A program made the position numbers and the translations under genes. From a virus (taxonomy: Duplodnaviria > Caudoviricetes), in IMG/VR virus record IMGVR_UViG_3300044691_000213, positions 1 to 52,385 of that record: a stretch of DNA of 52,385 nt; one strand, written 5' to 3'. The notes below the pieces were generated by a model that saw only the letters and a program-made list of their open reading frames with translations, had not been told where the DNA came from and did not search any database. The number at the start of each line of letters is the position of its first letter. The first letter of the stretch is position 1. Positions 44,221 to 52,385 of the stretch are shown piece by piece.

Positions 44221-44475
44221 ATGAGAGGCCAAACCCATCCAACGATCCCCTCAGTACACGTGCCTCATGGCTTCAAGCCGCATGATGGCAACAGCTTCCG
44301 CCCCGCCGACTGCCAGGGAGACAACCTCGTGCTGTTGCGGAGCGGCCGCGAAAGCCGGGCTGGGCGGGCGTGCATTTTCTGGGTCTGGGATAGCCGATCC
44401 CAGTTTTCCAACGACATCGTCGGATACGTTCCAAATCAACCCGATATTACGAAGCTCACATCTTCAGTCGGATGA
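44221..44475 (+). CDS. Hypothetical protein
   Basis: GAGG RBS; W.W...DIVGY C-terminal motif typical of small phage proteins. Confidence 0.5.
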   Translation: MRGQTHPTIPSVHVPHGFKPHDGNSFRPADCQGDNLVLLRSGRESRAGRACIFWVWDSRSQFSNDIVGYVPNQPDITKLTSSVG

Positions 44476-44679
44476 CGGAATCAACCTCTTTTTACGAATA
44501 CCCTTTTATTCCAGGAGGCCGGGATCTGTTGAGAAGCTGCGACCGAGTCTTGTTTACCGGAGTCGTGGCCGCCTGATGGCGGTAGACGGGGTTGGCCTGC
44601 GAGACATCGATACCCTGGAATGGTTCGGCCGCGTTGCCGAATGCCGCGAGGGCTGATCACCTAGGCGCCGGCCGCGCAA

Positions 44680-44887
44680 AACCGGTTAGACTCCGCCAAT
44701 GTGGCCCAAGGCTTTCTGCGGGGAAAATCACGCAAGGCGACTGGATTTTGTCTAACCGAAATCGGCAAATTATCTAGTCCTGTCAGCCGTTTAAATGGGT
44801 CGTAACCGATAAGGCTCCATTAACTCTGGCGGCAATTTCTACCGCAGAAACGCTCATATTTTCGGAGCGTTTTTGCTAACCGGTTAG
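44680..44887. other. Putative attP region with integrase arm-type repeats (CTAACCG/CGGTTAG)
   Basis: CGGTTAGAC 44683-44691 is inverted relative to GTCTAACCG 44750-44758; TAACCG at 44803; palindrome CTAACCGGTTAG 44876-44887; AT-rich, non-coding, just downstream of int. Confidence 0.6.
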
Positions 44888-44908
44888 TGCCGGGCGTTCC
44901 CGAGACGT

Positions 44909-45970
44909 TCATGACGCCTTACCGCGAGGGGTCTTTTTCGATGTGGACCGTTCCAGTTTCCGTATCGCAAGCTTCGTCATCTCGGGCATCCGCGGCAGGT
45001 ACGTCCGCAAGATCGTCTCGGCATTCTTGAGCGTATGGCCCGTCACGGAGGCGATTTCCGGAACCGTGCAACCGGCTTGGGCGAGCTTGACGACGGCAGT
45101 GCGGCGGAAGTCGCGGATCTGCATATCCTTGATCCCAGCCCTCCCGCAGACCGTATCGTACCAGTCCCGGAATCGCGTGGTTGAGATCGGCTGCCCAATG
45201 CGGTCGGTGACGATGTGCGTGCCCTTGGCAATAGCCTTGGCGGCCCTCAACTGCGCCGCCAGATCGGTATGGCACCAGATCCGCAGGAACGCCCCGGTCT
45301 TCTGCTGCCGAACCTCGATGCCATCGGTGTTCCAGCGCGCCCAGGTCATCGCCAGCACGTCGCCCGGGCGTTGGGCCGTATAGAGCAGCAGGGCAATGCC
45401 CAGGCGCAGCGCAGCGCCTTCCTCGTGGGCATCGGCCGCAGCGAGCAGCGCCGCAATCTGATCATCACCCCAGACCTGTGACCGAACCGGCGATGCCTCA
45501 AGCCGAAGGTCGCGCGTCGGGTTCTCGGTGATCAGGCGCAGATGCCGCGCCAGGTCGAGCAGATTGTTCAGCACGCCAATCGCGAGCTCGCGTGTTGCTG
45601 GCCGGTCGTTCAGGCCCTTGGCGAACTCATGCACCATCGGAAAGTCGATCTCGGCCGCTTGCAGGTCACCCCAATCGGTTTCGTATCGGTTCAGCCAGAT
45701 GCCGTAGGCTTTTTGCGTTGCCGCGGCCTTGGCCTTGAAGCCGTCGCTGTCGCGATACTCGCGCACGAGCCATCCGATCGAGTGGATATCGAAACCCGTC
45801 CCGCCCTTCTTCGCCTGATCCGCGCGCCGGTTCAGCCGCTCTGCCTCGCGGAACCGCGCGACCTCATTGTCTGACAACCGGACGAGCTTATTGCCCGGCC
45901 GCTGCCAGTACCAGATGATGCGGCCCCCGGCCTTAACCCGCTTTGTGACGTACCGCATTCTTACCAGCAT
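44909..45970 (-). CDS. int: Tyrosine recombinase/integrase
   Basis: TAQRPGD (R), QQKTG (K), RDFRRT (HxxR variant), TGHT, ILRTY (Y). Confidence 0.94.
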   Translation of the reverse strand: MLVRMRYVTKRVKAGGRIIWYWQRPGNKLVRLSDNEVARFREAERLNRRADQAKKGGTGFDIHSIGWLVREYRDSDGFKAKAAATQKAYGIWLNRYETDWGDLQAAEIDFPMVHEFAKGLNDRPATRELAIGVLNNLLDLARHLRLITENPTRDLRLEASPVRSQVWGDDQIAALLAAADAHEEGAALRLGIALLLYTAQRPGDVLAMTWARWNTDGIEVRQQKTGAFLRIWCHTDLAAQLRAAKAIAKGTHIVTDRIGQPISTTRFRDWYDTVCGRAGIKDMQIRDFRRTAVVKLAQAGCTVPEIASVTGHTLKNAETILRTYLPRMPEMTKLAIRKLERSTSKKTPRGKAS

Positions 45971-46223
45971 TGGCTACGATCCGCTTCACGGCCTCGCGCT
46001 TGCGTTGCTCGGTCGTCAATTCAGCCGTTATGCCGGACATGGCGTCAAGCGCGCGGTCGAGTTCGACGCGATCCCACACCTTCCTCCGGCCGGCGTATGG
46101 CAGCGCGGCGGGCAGTCGGCGGGTCGAAACTTGCAGGTCGAAGTTGGAGACGGTCATCCCGCAATAGTCGGCCGCCTCGGCATGCGTGAGGCCGCGTTTC
46201 ATCGGAACGGCAGAGGTCGCCAT
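45933..46223 (-). CDS. Excisionase-like HTH protein
   Basis: GLTHAEAADYCGM...RKVWDRVELDRALD directly upstream of and overlapping int. Confidence 0.8.
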   Translation of the reverse strand: MATSAVPMKRGLTHAEAADYCGMTVSNFDLQVSTRRLPAALPYAGRRKVWDRVELDRALDAMSGITAELTTEQRKREAVKRIVANAGKNAVRHKAG

Positions 46224-46224
46224 C

Positions 46225-46518
46225 TCACTCCCCTTTCGTTCGGCTGGAGCGGAGGGCTACCAGTGCAATGCGCTCCATCTGCTCTACGAGCTTGTTTTTG
46301 GTTGGGCCGCACGGGCGCAGGTGGACGATCTGATCCAACGCGTCCATCAGCTCGACCATCTCCTCACTGGCGGAGGATAGATCGGACTCGACCTTTGCCT
46401 CCGCGACGAGCCACGCGGCCCTGGCCTCTTTTTTCCATTCGCGCCAAGATTCCTCGTGACCGGAACAGCCCGAGATTGCGATTGCCATCGCTTTGATATC
46501 GGCAACGGTCGGGCTCAT
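46225..46518 (-). CDS. Hypothetical protein
   Basis: Tightly packed leftward operon. Confidence 0.55.
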   Translation of the reverse strand: MSPTVADIKAMAIAISGCSGHEESWREWKKEARAAWLVAEAKVESDLSSASEEMVELMDALDQIVHLRPCGPTKNKLVEQMERIALVALRSSRTKGE

Positions 46519-47057
46519 GATGCTTCACCAGCAGGAGGGGTGGAGATCCGGATGCGGTCTCCGAGGACGCGGCGAAGGGCTTCGGCCATACGAGTTTGCA
46601 GAGAATCGTGCAGATTTCGGGCGTTCACCAAGGACAGAAATGCGGAGGAGAGATTTATGCAATCCTCCATCGTGACCGTAACCGGCGTGGCGAGGAGGTG
46701 GGCGCGGTCGAGCGCTCCGACCACGGATTCGCTGGATGGAAATCCGAAGGCGTAAGTTCTGGCCTCGTCTATGGCGGCTACAGCACGAGCTCGCACGTCT
46801 TCCGGCACCTGTGGGGTGGCGGGAGGTGACAGGGCGGCGATGGCGGCGACGATGGTCCTGGCAACGTGCGGGGCGCACTCCAGGATATAGCCGTCAAGAC
46901 AGCGAATGACGGCCAGATACGCCGGGTCGTTTTCCGATACTCGGGACGCGCAGTCCGGGCATTTTTCCGAACGATAGGCATTTTCGCCGAAATCGAAGCC
47001 GCCGATCTCGCCCCGCCCGTCGCACGTAGCGCAGGCGGGATTGGTGAGCGTATTCAC
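46515..47057 (-). CDS. Hypothetical protein with DnaJ-like CxxCxGxG zinc finger
   Basis: CATCDGRG...CPDC; GTGA overlap at 47057. Confidence 0.55.
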   Translation of the reverse strand: MNTLTNPACATCDGRGEIGGFDFGENAYRSEKCPDCASRVSENDPAYLAVIRCLDGYILECAPHVARTIVAAIAALSPPATPQVPEDVRARAVAAIDEARTYAFGFPSSESVVGALDRAHLLATPVTVTMEDCINLSSAFLSLVNARNLHDSLQTRMAEALRRVLGDRIRISTPPAGEAS

Positions 47058-47209
47058 GGCTTGATCTCCCCGCACACCGGGCACAAAGGCCAATGCGAGA
47101 ACGAAAGCTTCCCGCAACCACACGCCGTCATGATCGAGGATTCCTTTACGGGTGGCGCAACGGCCGGAAGCGACGGATCTCGGAACGGCTGGCGGGCTGG
47201 TTTCGTCAT
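47054..47209 (-). CDS. Small zinc-ribbon protein
   Basis: CGCG...CPVCG; coupled. Confidence 0.5.
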   Translation of the reverse strand: MTKPARQPFRDPSLPAVAPPVKESSIMTACGCGKLSFSHWPLCPVCGEIKP

Positions 47210-47424
47210 GACTTTCTCCGAAGACACCGGGTTACGATCAGGGCTTTTCCATCCCGCAGATCCCGATAGGCATCCGATGCAAACTGGACCTGGGCATCCG
47301 CGAGGACCGGGCATTGCAGTTCGCTGAATACGACTTTGGAGATCGAATCCTCGGCGTTGTCCGGCGTGCATTGGTCGGGAGGGATCGAAACTGAGCAGAT
47401 CAGGAGAAGGGCGAGGAACGTCAT
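47206..47424 (-). CDS. Small exported/Cys-containing protein
   Basis: MTFLALLLICSVSIPPDQC...C...C. Confidence 0.6.
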   Translation of the reverse strand: MTFLALLLICSVSIPPDQCTPDNAEDSISKVVFSELQCPVLADAQVQFASDAYRDLRDGKALIVTRCLRRKS

Positions 47425-47594
47425 TTCAGCGGACCTTTCTCAACCGGACCGACCTGCACAGACACGCCCCACGCGGCCCACCAGCATTGGGTTGAGAGCG
47501 CGATTAGAGCCACGGCAACGGCCATAGGATCGGGCTGGACCGAGGCGGCACGAATGGCGCGGCGGTCGGCGAGGTTGATGATGGTGGCGGTCAT
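47421..47594 (-). CDS. Small membrane protein
   Basis: Manual translation MTATIINLADRR...AVAVALIALSTQCWWAAWGV; ATGA-coupled on both sides. Confidence 0.5.
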   Translation of the reverse strand: MTATIINLADRRAIRAASVQPDPMAVAVALIALSTQCWWAAWGVSVQVGPVEKGPLK

Positions 47595-48034
47595 GCGGCA
47601 TCCCTCCTGGTATCATCGAGCATCGCGTGAACCTCGGCCGCCAATTCCTCGAAATCCGCGCCCGGCAGGATGTGCTCGCAGATCAGCCGAACCGAATCAT
47701 CGAAGAATCGTCGGAACTGGTCAGACGGCATGCTCCCGAAAGAAATCGACTGCGGCGCCGGGACGACTTTTCCGCCAGGGAGTTTGATTAAATCGTATCG
47801 GCCGAGAGCGAGCTTGAGCGCGACGAGCAGGCGCTCCGGCGTCTCGAATTCGCTGGCCTCCGCGACCTTCGTCAGAAGTGAAAAATAAAGCCGATGTTGG
47901 TCGATACTCCTCGGACGGTGGACCTTGACCAGCACGCGCTCGCCGAGCTTGATCTTTTCCAGCATGTCGGCGCTGTCCGGGTTCGCCGGCTCCAGCCCGG
48001 CTTTCGTCCGCTTCATGACGAGGTTCGCTTCCAT
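47591..48034 (-). CDS. DUF1367/NinB-like recombination-associated protein
   Basis: GLEPA...KIKLGE.V.V...PRSIDQHRLYFSLL...PQSISFGSM..DQF. Confidence 0.78.
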   Translation of the reverse strand: MEANLVMKRTKAGLEPANPDSADMLEKIKLGERVLVKVHRPRSIDQHRLYFSLLTKVAEASEFETPERLLVALKLALGRYDLIKLPGGKVVPAPQSISFGSMPSDQFRRFFDDSVRLICEHILPGADFEELAAEVHAMLDDTRRDAA

Positions 48035-48036
48035 GA

Positions 48037-49590
48037 TCAGCCTCCCGTCAGCAGGCGCGCGGGATCGGCCAGGTCTTCGGCGCCAACGATCTCGGGTTCT
48101 GCCGGCGCGGCGAGGCGTTCCTGGGTCGCCTTGATGGCCTTGCAGATCGATCCATAGACCTTGGGTCCACCCTTCTCGCAGAGGTCCAAGGCCTGCAGGT
48201 TCTCCATCTGCCAGCCGTTGCTTTCCTCGATCGTCCGGGATGCCTTCATGGCCGCAATGAAGGATCGGCCGAACTGGCCCCAATCCCGGGCGCCGGTTTC
48301 CGTCGCGGGTATCGCGATCGGGCGCGGCAGGAATTCATCAACCGCTTCGGCCTGGGGAACGATGACCTTCAATGCCAGCGCCGCGTCGTAGAGATCGACA
48401 ATCTCGCCGATGGCGATGTTTGCCGCCTCCATTTCCGCCAAGGCGTCTTGGTTGTGCTCCACGATCGCGATGACGACATCCGGCTCCGCGTCACGCACCA
48501 GGCCACCCAACATCGCGATTGCGCGCGGCGCCGGCCATTCGCCGACGATCTCGCCGAACTCATCGATGATCGTGATGTCTAGGGATGCGTCGACGGCGGC
48601 CTTAATGGGCTCGCCATCGAAATCGCTGCGGCGGGGGCGAGCCGGCGCGGTCTGTCCCGCGACCTGTTCCGGGTAGAACTCCTCGATCACGTCGCTTTCA
48701 TCGTCGCCCGGCAGCGGGGCATTGACTGGCGCATAGGACAGGAGACGCCGGGCCTCATCCTCGATATGGGCGATGCTCACATGCGTCGTGGCGCGGTCTA
48801 GCGCGATCTGGTGGCCGCGGTTCTGCAGTTCGGCCATATCTCCCGGGAATTCGAGCCCGACGACATAGATGGTCTGCTGCTTGCCTTCCGGGTCGGTCGC
48901 CTGTTTCGGTCGAACCTGAAGCGTGAGCGGCAGATTGGCGAGCGGGCCTCCGGTGATCTGGCGCAGGAACGCCATGGACGACATGATGCCGACGATCGTG
49001 TTGTATGAAGTCGTGCGGAACTTCCACACGCCGCCGATGCCGCCAGCGCCATCGATCAAGGTCGACAGAACTCCGTTCATCTTGCACTTATCGGCGCCCT
49101 TGTATTCCGGATCCTGGCGAAAGCATGTGCATGGGACATTTGACCGGCTTTTGCCGTCATCGCCCAATCGGCTGGCCGTCTCGCCGTCGCCCGAGCAGAA
49201 CAGCGTGCGCCCCTTGTAGGCCGCATACCGGGTCGGGAAATTCAGCGACGGATCGTCATAGAGCAACCGGACCTTGATATCGGTCGGCTTGTCGCCGATC
49301 GTGGCGTGGATGGCTTCATCCCGAGCGAAGTTTCCGTCTTCCTGCCGGTCGAGCGTCGTCACCACGAAATGATCTAGCTTCTGCGGCATCTGGAATTCAT
49401 TGCCGTTGCGGGATTTCGTTTTGGCGCCTTTGATGCCGATCTTTATGCGTCCCCTCTCCGGCAGAGCCGGGACGAGACCCTTGATCGAAGTGACTTGCCG
49501 AGAGCGCCGAGGAACGTATTCCTGGTCATCGGGCATCTTCCTGTGTCCGCCGTTGCCTTTTCCTGGGCGATGGGGAAGTGGCTTGGTCAT
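48037..49590 (-). CDS. Recombination protein (Gp3-like/recombination directionality factor family)
   Basis: GRIKIGIK...PQKLDHF...CSGDG...CTC...CK...GVWKFRTTSYN. Confidence 0.72.
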   Translation of the reverse strand: MTKPLPHRPGKGNGGHRKMPDDQEYVPRRSRQVTSIKGLVPALPERGRIKIGIKGAKTKSRNGNEFQMPQKLDHFVVTTLDRQEDGNFARDEAIHATIGDKPTDIKVRLLYDDPSLNFPTRYAAYKGRTLFCSGDGETASRLGDDGKSRSNVPCTCFRQDPEYKGADKCKMNGVLSTLIDGAGGIGGVWKFRTTSYNTIVGIMSSMAFLRQITGGPLANLPLTLQVRPKQATDPEGKQQTIYVVGLEFPGDMAELQNRGHQIALDRATTHVSIAHIEDEARRLLSYAPVNAPLPGDDESDVIEEFYPEQVAGQTAPARPRRSDFDGEPIKAAVDASLDITIIDEFGEIVGEWPAPRAIAMLGGLVRDAEPDVVIAIVEHNQDALAEMEAANIAIGEIVDLYDAALALKVIVPQAEAVDEFLPRPIAIPATETGARDWGQFGRSFIAAMKASRTIEESNGWQMENLQALDLCEKGGPKVYGSICKAIKATQERLAAPAEPEIVGAEDLADPARLLTGG

Positions 49591-49594
49591 GATG

Positions 49595-50545
49595 TCAGCG
49601 GATTTGCGTGGTGCTGGTTTCGGTGACCGTCGCGCCCGGCAGCGAACGGACATTGGCCCGAACCTGGCGGTCATAGATCTGCTGCACGGTGGCGAGGATC
49701 GCGGCCTCGTCCACCTTGCGGCAATGCTTAAGGGCGGCGGTTAGGTCGGTGATCTCGGCCTTCCAGGACTTCTTGCCGAACGCCTTGGGACCGTAACCGC
49801 TGCTGATTGGGGCTGCGACGCTCTGGGCGGCCTGACGATCCAGGTCGGTCGCCGCGTCCGCCAGCTTCTGCTGGTCGATCTCGGCCTGAAGGTTGCGCTC
49901 GCGAGTGGCCGCCTCCTCCGTGGCCCGGAGAGCATCGGCCGCCTCGCGCTGGCGTCGGGCCTCTGCTGCTGCGGCTGCGTTGCCAGCCCGCTGTGCGGCT
50001 TGCTCGGCCTCGCGAACCTTGCGATCGGCTTCGTCCTGGGCGCGCTTGGCTGCGGCTTCGGCGGCGAGCCGTGCATTCTCGGCCGCGACGGCGAGGGCGC
50101 GTTGCCTGTTGGCCTCTTCCTGAAGGCGCAGGCGCTCGACCTCGGCCTTGCGGTCCTGTTCCTTGCGGTAGGCATCGATCTTGCCCATCAGCACGGCGAG
50201 CGGGCCGCCGATCAGCTTCTTCTTGCTGTCCATCTCGGCCAGCACGAGGGCGATGTTGCCGAAGTGGGCGTCGACGGTGCGGCAGTTGTCCAGGAACGGA
50301 CGCTTGCGCTCCTCGCGAGTATCTTCGACCAGGGTCAAATGCTTCTTGATCAGGCCGGCGAGCAGCGTCGCCTTTCCAGCGGTGTCCTCGTCGGTGACGG
50401 TGGCGCGGCCGACGCCGGCCGCGAGATCCTGAGCCCGCTCAAGTAGCTTCTCGGTCTCATCGATCAGAACTTCGCTCAGCGGCGGGTTGTTGCCGCCAAT
50501 GCCGTGGCGGTCGAGGTCGTCTTTGGCAATAGCAAGTGCGGACAT
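49595..50545 (-). CDS. Coiled-coil phage early protein
   Basis: GIGGNNPP motif; REERKRPFL; Ala/Glu/Arg-rich coil; R.LPG C-terminus. Confidence 0.75.
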   Translation of the reverse strand: MSALAIAKDDLDRHGIGGNNPPLSEVLIDETEKLLERAQDLAAGVGRATVTDEDTAGKATLLAGLIKKHLTLVEDTREERKRPFLDNCRTVDAHFGNIALVLAEMDSKKKLIGGPLAVLMGKIDAYRKEQDRKAEVERLRLQEEANRQRALAVAAENARLAAEAAAKRAQDEADRKVREAEQAAQRAGNAAAAAEARRQREAADALRATEEAATRERNLQAEIDQQKLADAATDLDRQAAQSVAAPISSGYGPKAFGKKSWKAEITDLTAALKHCRKVDEAAILATVQQIYDRQVRANVRSLPGATVTETSTTQIR

Positions 50546-50557
50546 GATTTTCTTTTC

Positions 50558-50725
50558 CTATTCGTCGACGTCATCGAAAATCGAGCGGTTGCCCTTTTCG
50601 TCGAGAAGGGTGCCGTCCTTGGCCCACAGCGGGCTGCCGTTCTGGTGCTTATGGTCGCGCCAACCGGGATGGATTTCGTCCAGCCTCGCCGTTTTCTCGG
50701 CGACCTCTTGTTCGGTGAAAGACAT
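50558..50725 (-). CDS. Small hypothetical protein
   Basis: AGGAGG RBS; manual translation MSFTEQEVAEK...DGTLLDEKGNRSIFDDVDE. Confidence 0.6.
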   Translation of the reverse strand: MSFTEQEVAEKTARLDEIHPGWRDHKHQNGSPLWAKDGTLLDEKGNRSIFDDVDE

Positions 50726-50734
50726 GCGCGCCTC

Positions 50735-51115
50735 CTAGAAAGGGCTTGGGAGCGTCGCGAGATCGACGCGGTGAGTTGGGTTGGCTTCGGGCAAATGCGG
50801 TGCGTTTTCTTTGGCCCATTCACGATCAGCCACGAGAAATTCGTATTCAGCCGCGGTGATCTCCCTGCCGCGACGTAACCAAATGTCATCGAGATGGCAG
50901 ACCGCGCCGTTCTTTCGAGCGGTCAGGATCGGCGACCGATCCATCAGGTTCGCCGGGTTGCCGGGCTCACACTCGGTACGCTCCCACCGGATGCAGCAGC
51001 CGACTTCGACGCCGCCCTTTGTGAAGGTCATCGCCCAATAGCCGGGCTTGTACTGGCCGAGAACGCGAACCTGCAGCAGGTCCCGCGCCGTGGGCTGGTA
51101 AGGGCGGCGGCTCAC
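50735..51115 (-). CDS. Hypothetical protein
   Basis: Coupled leftward operon. Confidence 0.65.
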   Translation of the reverse strand: MSRRPYQPTARDLLQVRVLGQYKPGYWAMTFTKGGVEVGCCIRWERTECEPGNPANLMDRSPILTARKNGAVCHLDDIWLRRGREITAAEYEFLVADREWAKENAPHLPEANPTHRVDLATLPSPF

Positions 51116-51333
51116 GGCACAAATCCCTTAGAAACAGCCACCTCGAAACGGTAGACGCCGGCATCGGCCGATTTCGAGGTGTAGCCGCGGGCGATCGCGC
51201 GCCACCACAGACGATGCTCGCCGGACCAGATGACGACCAATTTGCCGCGCAGCTTGTCGCGCGTTTTGTGACCGCCCTTGCGCTGCATGCATCGGAGTTG
51301 GCGGGTGTATCCGCTTAGAATGGGCGCGGTCAT
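51112..51333 (-). CDS. Hypothetical protein
   Basis: IWSGEH..WWR...GYT....AGVY motif common in phage early genes. Confidence 0.6.
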   Translation of the reverse strand: MTAPILSGYTRQLRCMQRKGGHKTRDKLRGKLVVIWSGEHRLWWRAIARGYTSKSADAGVYRFEVAVSKGFVP

Positions 51334-51644
51334 TCCGCAGCCCTCGAAAAGTAGTCCGCCCGATCCCCCGCCAACTCCCGCAGATGGATCTGACCCTCAA
51401 GCCGGTAGACCGCCTTACCCAGCACCTTCCGGGGCTCGTGGAATGCATCCGTGAGCGCATCCGTGAGGGTGGCGTCGAACACCGCTCGATCGACGGTCAT
51501 GCCCGACATCACCTCGATCTGCTCGGCGTTCCGATCGAACACGACATGAGCGGCAATCCGGATTTGCTTCTCGGCAGCGGCGATGAAGTCGAGGGCGGCC
51601 CGTGCGTCGCGGTATTCACGGTCGAGATTGGCAATGGCGGACAT
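51330..51644 (-). CDS. Hypothetical protein
   Basis: Coupled leftward operon. Confidence 0.6.
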   Translation of the reverse strand: MSAIANLDREYRDARAALDFIAAAEKQIRIAAHVVFDRNAEQIEVMSGMTVDRAVFDATLTDALTDAFHEPRKVLGKAVYRLEGQIHLRELAGDRADYFSRAAE

Positions 51645-51647
51645 GGG

Positions 51648-51914
51648 TCAGGCCCTCTCTTCAAAGGCCGTGCACGTCGGCTGCCCGTCGGCGCCGTACT
51701 GCCATTCGGTCGGGTAGGACTCGTCCTTCACGTCGTAGAAAAAGACCGCGCCTGCAATCATGCAGGGCTCGTCAGGACCGCTGCGCTTGCAGTGAACGCA
51801 ATAGGAGGATGCGAAATAGTCGCCCTCGGTCCCATTGCTCGGGCGGTACTTCTCGCCGGCACGCGCCTTGAAAAGATTCGCCTGCCCGGACGTGTAAATT
51901 CCACGGTCAACCAT
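51648..51914 (-). CDS. Conserved Cys-containing phage protein
   Basis: YRPSNGTEG..F...C..C...C.I...YPTEW...PTCTAF. Confidence 0.68.
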   Translation of the reverse strand: MVDRGIYTSGQANLFKARAGEKYRPSNGTEGDYFASSYCVHCKRSGPDEPCMIAGAVFFYDVKDESYPTEWQYGADGQPTCTAFEERA

Positions 51915-52266
51915 TATGAAATTCCCCCTGATGCGGCGATTGGGAAGGGACATCACCAGCCCATATCCCGGTCGAGTTGCTCATGAGCTTCATCGCGCTC
52001 TTGGGCGAAGGCGTCCCTCGCGGCCCAACGGGCTTGGTCTGAACCGAGGCCACGAGATCGGCAGCGGCGGCGAAGGAATTGCCGAAGCCCTTCTGCATCG
52101 CCCCGGCACTCATCCCGTTCAGATAGACCGAGAAGCCATGATCGCTGCGGTAGACTTCCGCATGCGGGTAGCCCTTGGCCTTCAACTGATCGGTCAGGGA
52201 TTGGGCGGCCCGCGTCACGAGAGCGTGTGCGGCCTGGACGTCATCGGAATTGAGTTCGGTTGCCAT
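51907..52266 (-). CDS. Hypothetical protein
   Basis: AGGAGG RBS before ATG 52266. Confidence 0.55.
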   Translation of the reverse strand: MATELNSDDVQAAHALVTRAAQSLTDQLKAKGYPHAEVYRSDHGFSVYLNGMSAGAMQKGFGNSFAAAADLVASVQTKPVGPRGTPSPKSAMKLMSNSTGIWAGDVPSQSPHQGEFHNG

Positions 52267-52268
52267 GA

Positions 52269-52385
52269 TCAAACCTCCTGCGGCTTGACATCGGCGATGC
52301 CGACGAGACCCATGAATTCCAAAACCCAGCCTTCGGTGATCTTGGATATCCGGCTCGTCTCAGGCGTGTCGCCCTTGCTTATGTT
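52269..52385 (-). CDS. C-terminal fragment of a gene entering from the right edge, probably the pentapeptide-repeat protein
   Basis: Manual translation NISKGDTPETSRISKITEGWVLEFMGLVGIADVKPQEV*. Confidence 0.65.
   Translation of the reverse strand, partial: NISKGDTPETSRISKITEGWVLEFMGLVGIADVKPQEV

Larger units (their letters stand above)
1..52385. mobile_element. Near-complete temperate siphovirus-type phage genome (HK97-like head, GTA-like tail tip), probably circular/excised form
   Basis: Full set of immunity, replication, packaging, head, tail, lysis and integration modules; no recognisable host housekeeping genes; integrase is internal with phage genes on both sides. Confidence 0.93.

Noticed and set aside
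44640-44900. tRNA or tRNA fragment at the attachment site
   Set aside because: No cloverleaf or GTTCGA...CCA 3' end recognised on either strand.

Overview
The window is essentially one near-complete temperate tailed phage genome of about 52 kb. It is high-GC, and its GapR/DUF2312 gene and GTA-like DUF2460-DUF2163-NlpC/P60 tail tip suggest an alphaproteobacterial host. The order is lambdoid: CI/Cro switch with a 16-bp operator palindrome; early genes (HNH-AP2, GapR-like, VRR-NUC, two DNA methyltransferases, DUF1376 replication protein); HK97-type packaging and head; siphovirus tail with a -1 frameshifted chaperone; tail fibre; lysis and accessory genes; an internal attP-like region with tyrosine integrase and excisionase; and a leftward early/recombination operon. 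The two window ends look like the two halves of one pentapeptide-repeat gene, suggesting a circular molecule opened at a repeat. Four features stand out. (1) The tail hub gene (DUF2163-like) is split: its first ~31 residues are fused through a polyproline linker to a beta-helix domain, the rest is a separate ORF, and a close paralogue of that beta-helix is encoded elsewhere as a signal-peptide protein. (2) A Hint (intein/BIL-like) domain with a non-canonical Gly+1 sits in the glycine loop of the tail-tip protein. (3) A coupled HTH+PAS-like gene and GNAT/acyltransferase-like gene occupy the cII position, a candidate small-molecule lysis-lysogeny signalling module. (4) An EcoHK31I-beta-like ORF is nested out of frame inside the cytosine methyltransferase. 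All family calls are by-eye motif recognition; no searches were run.
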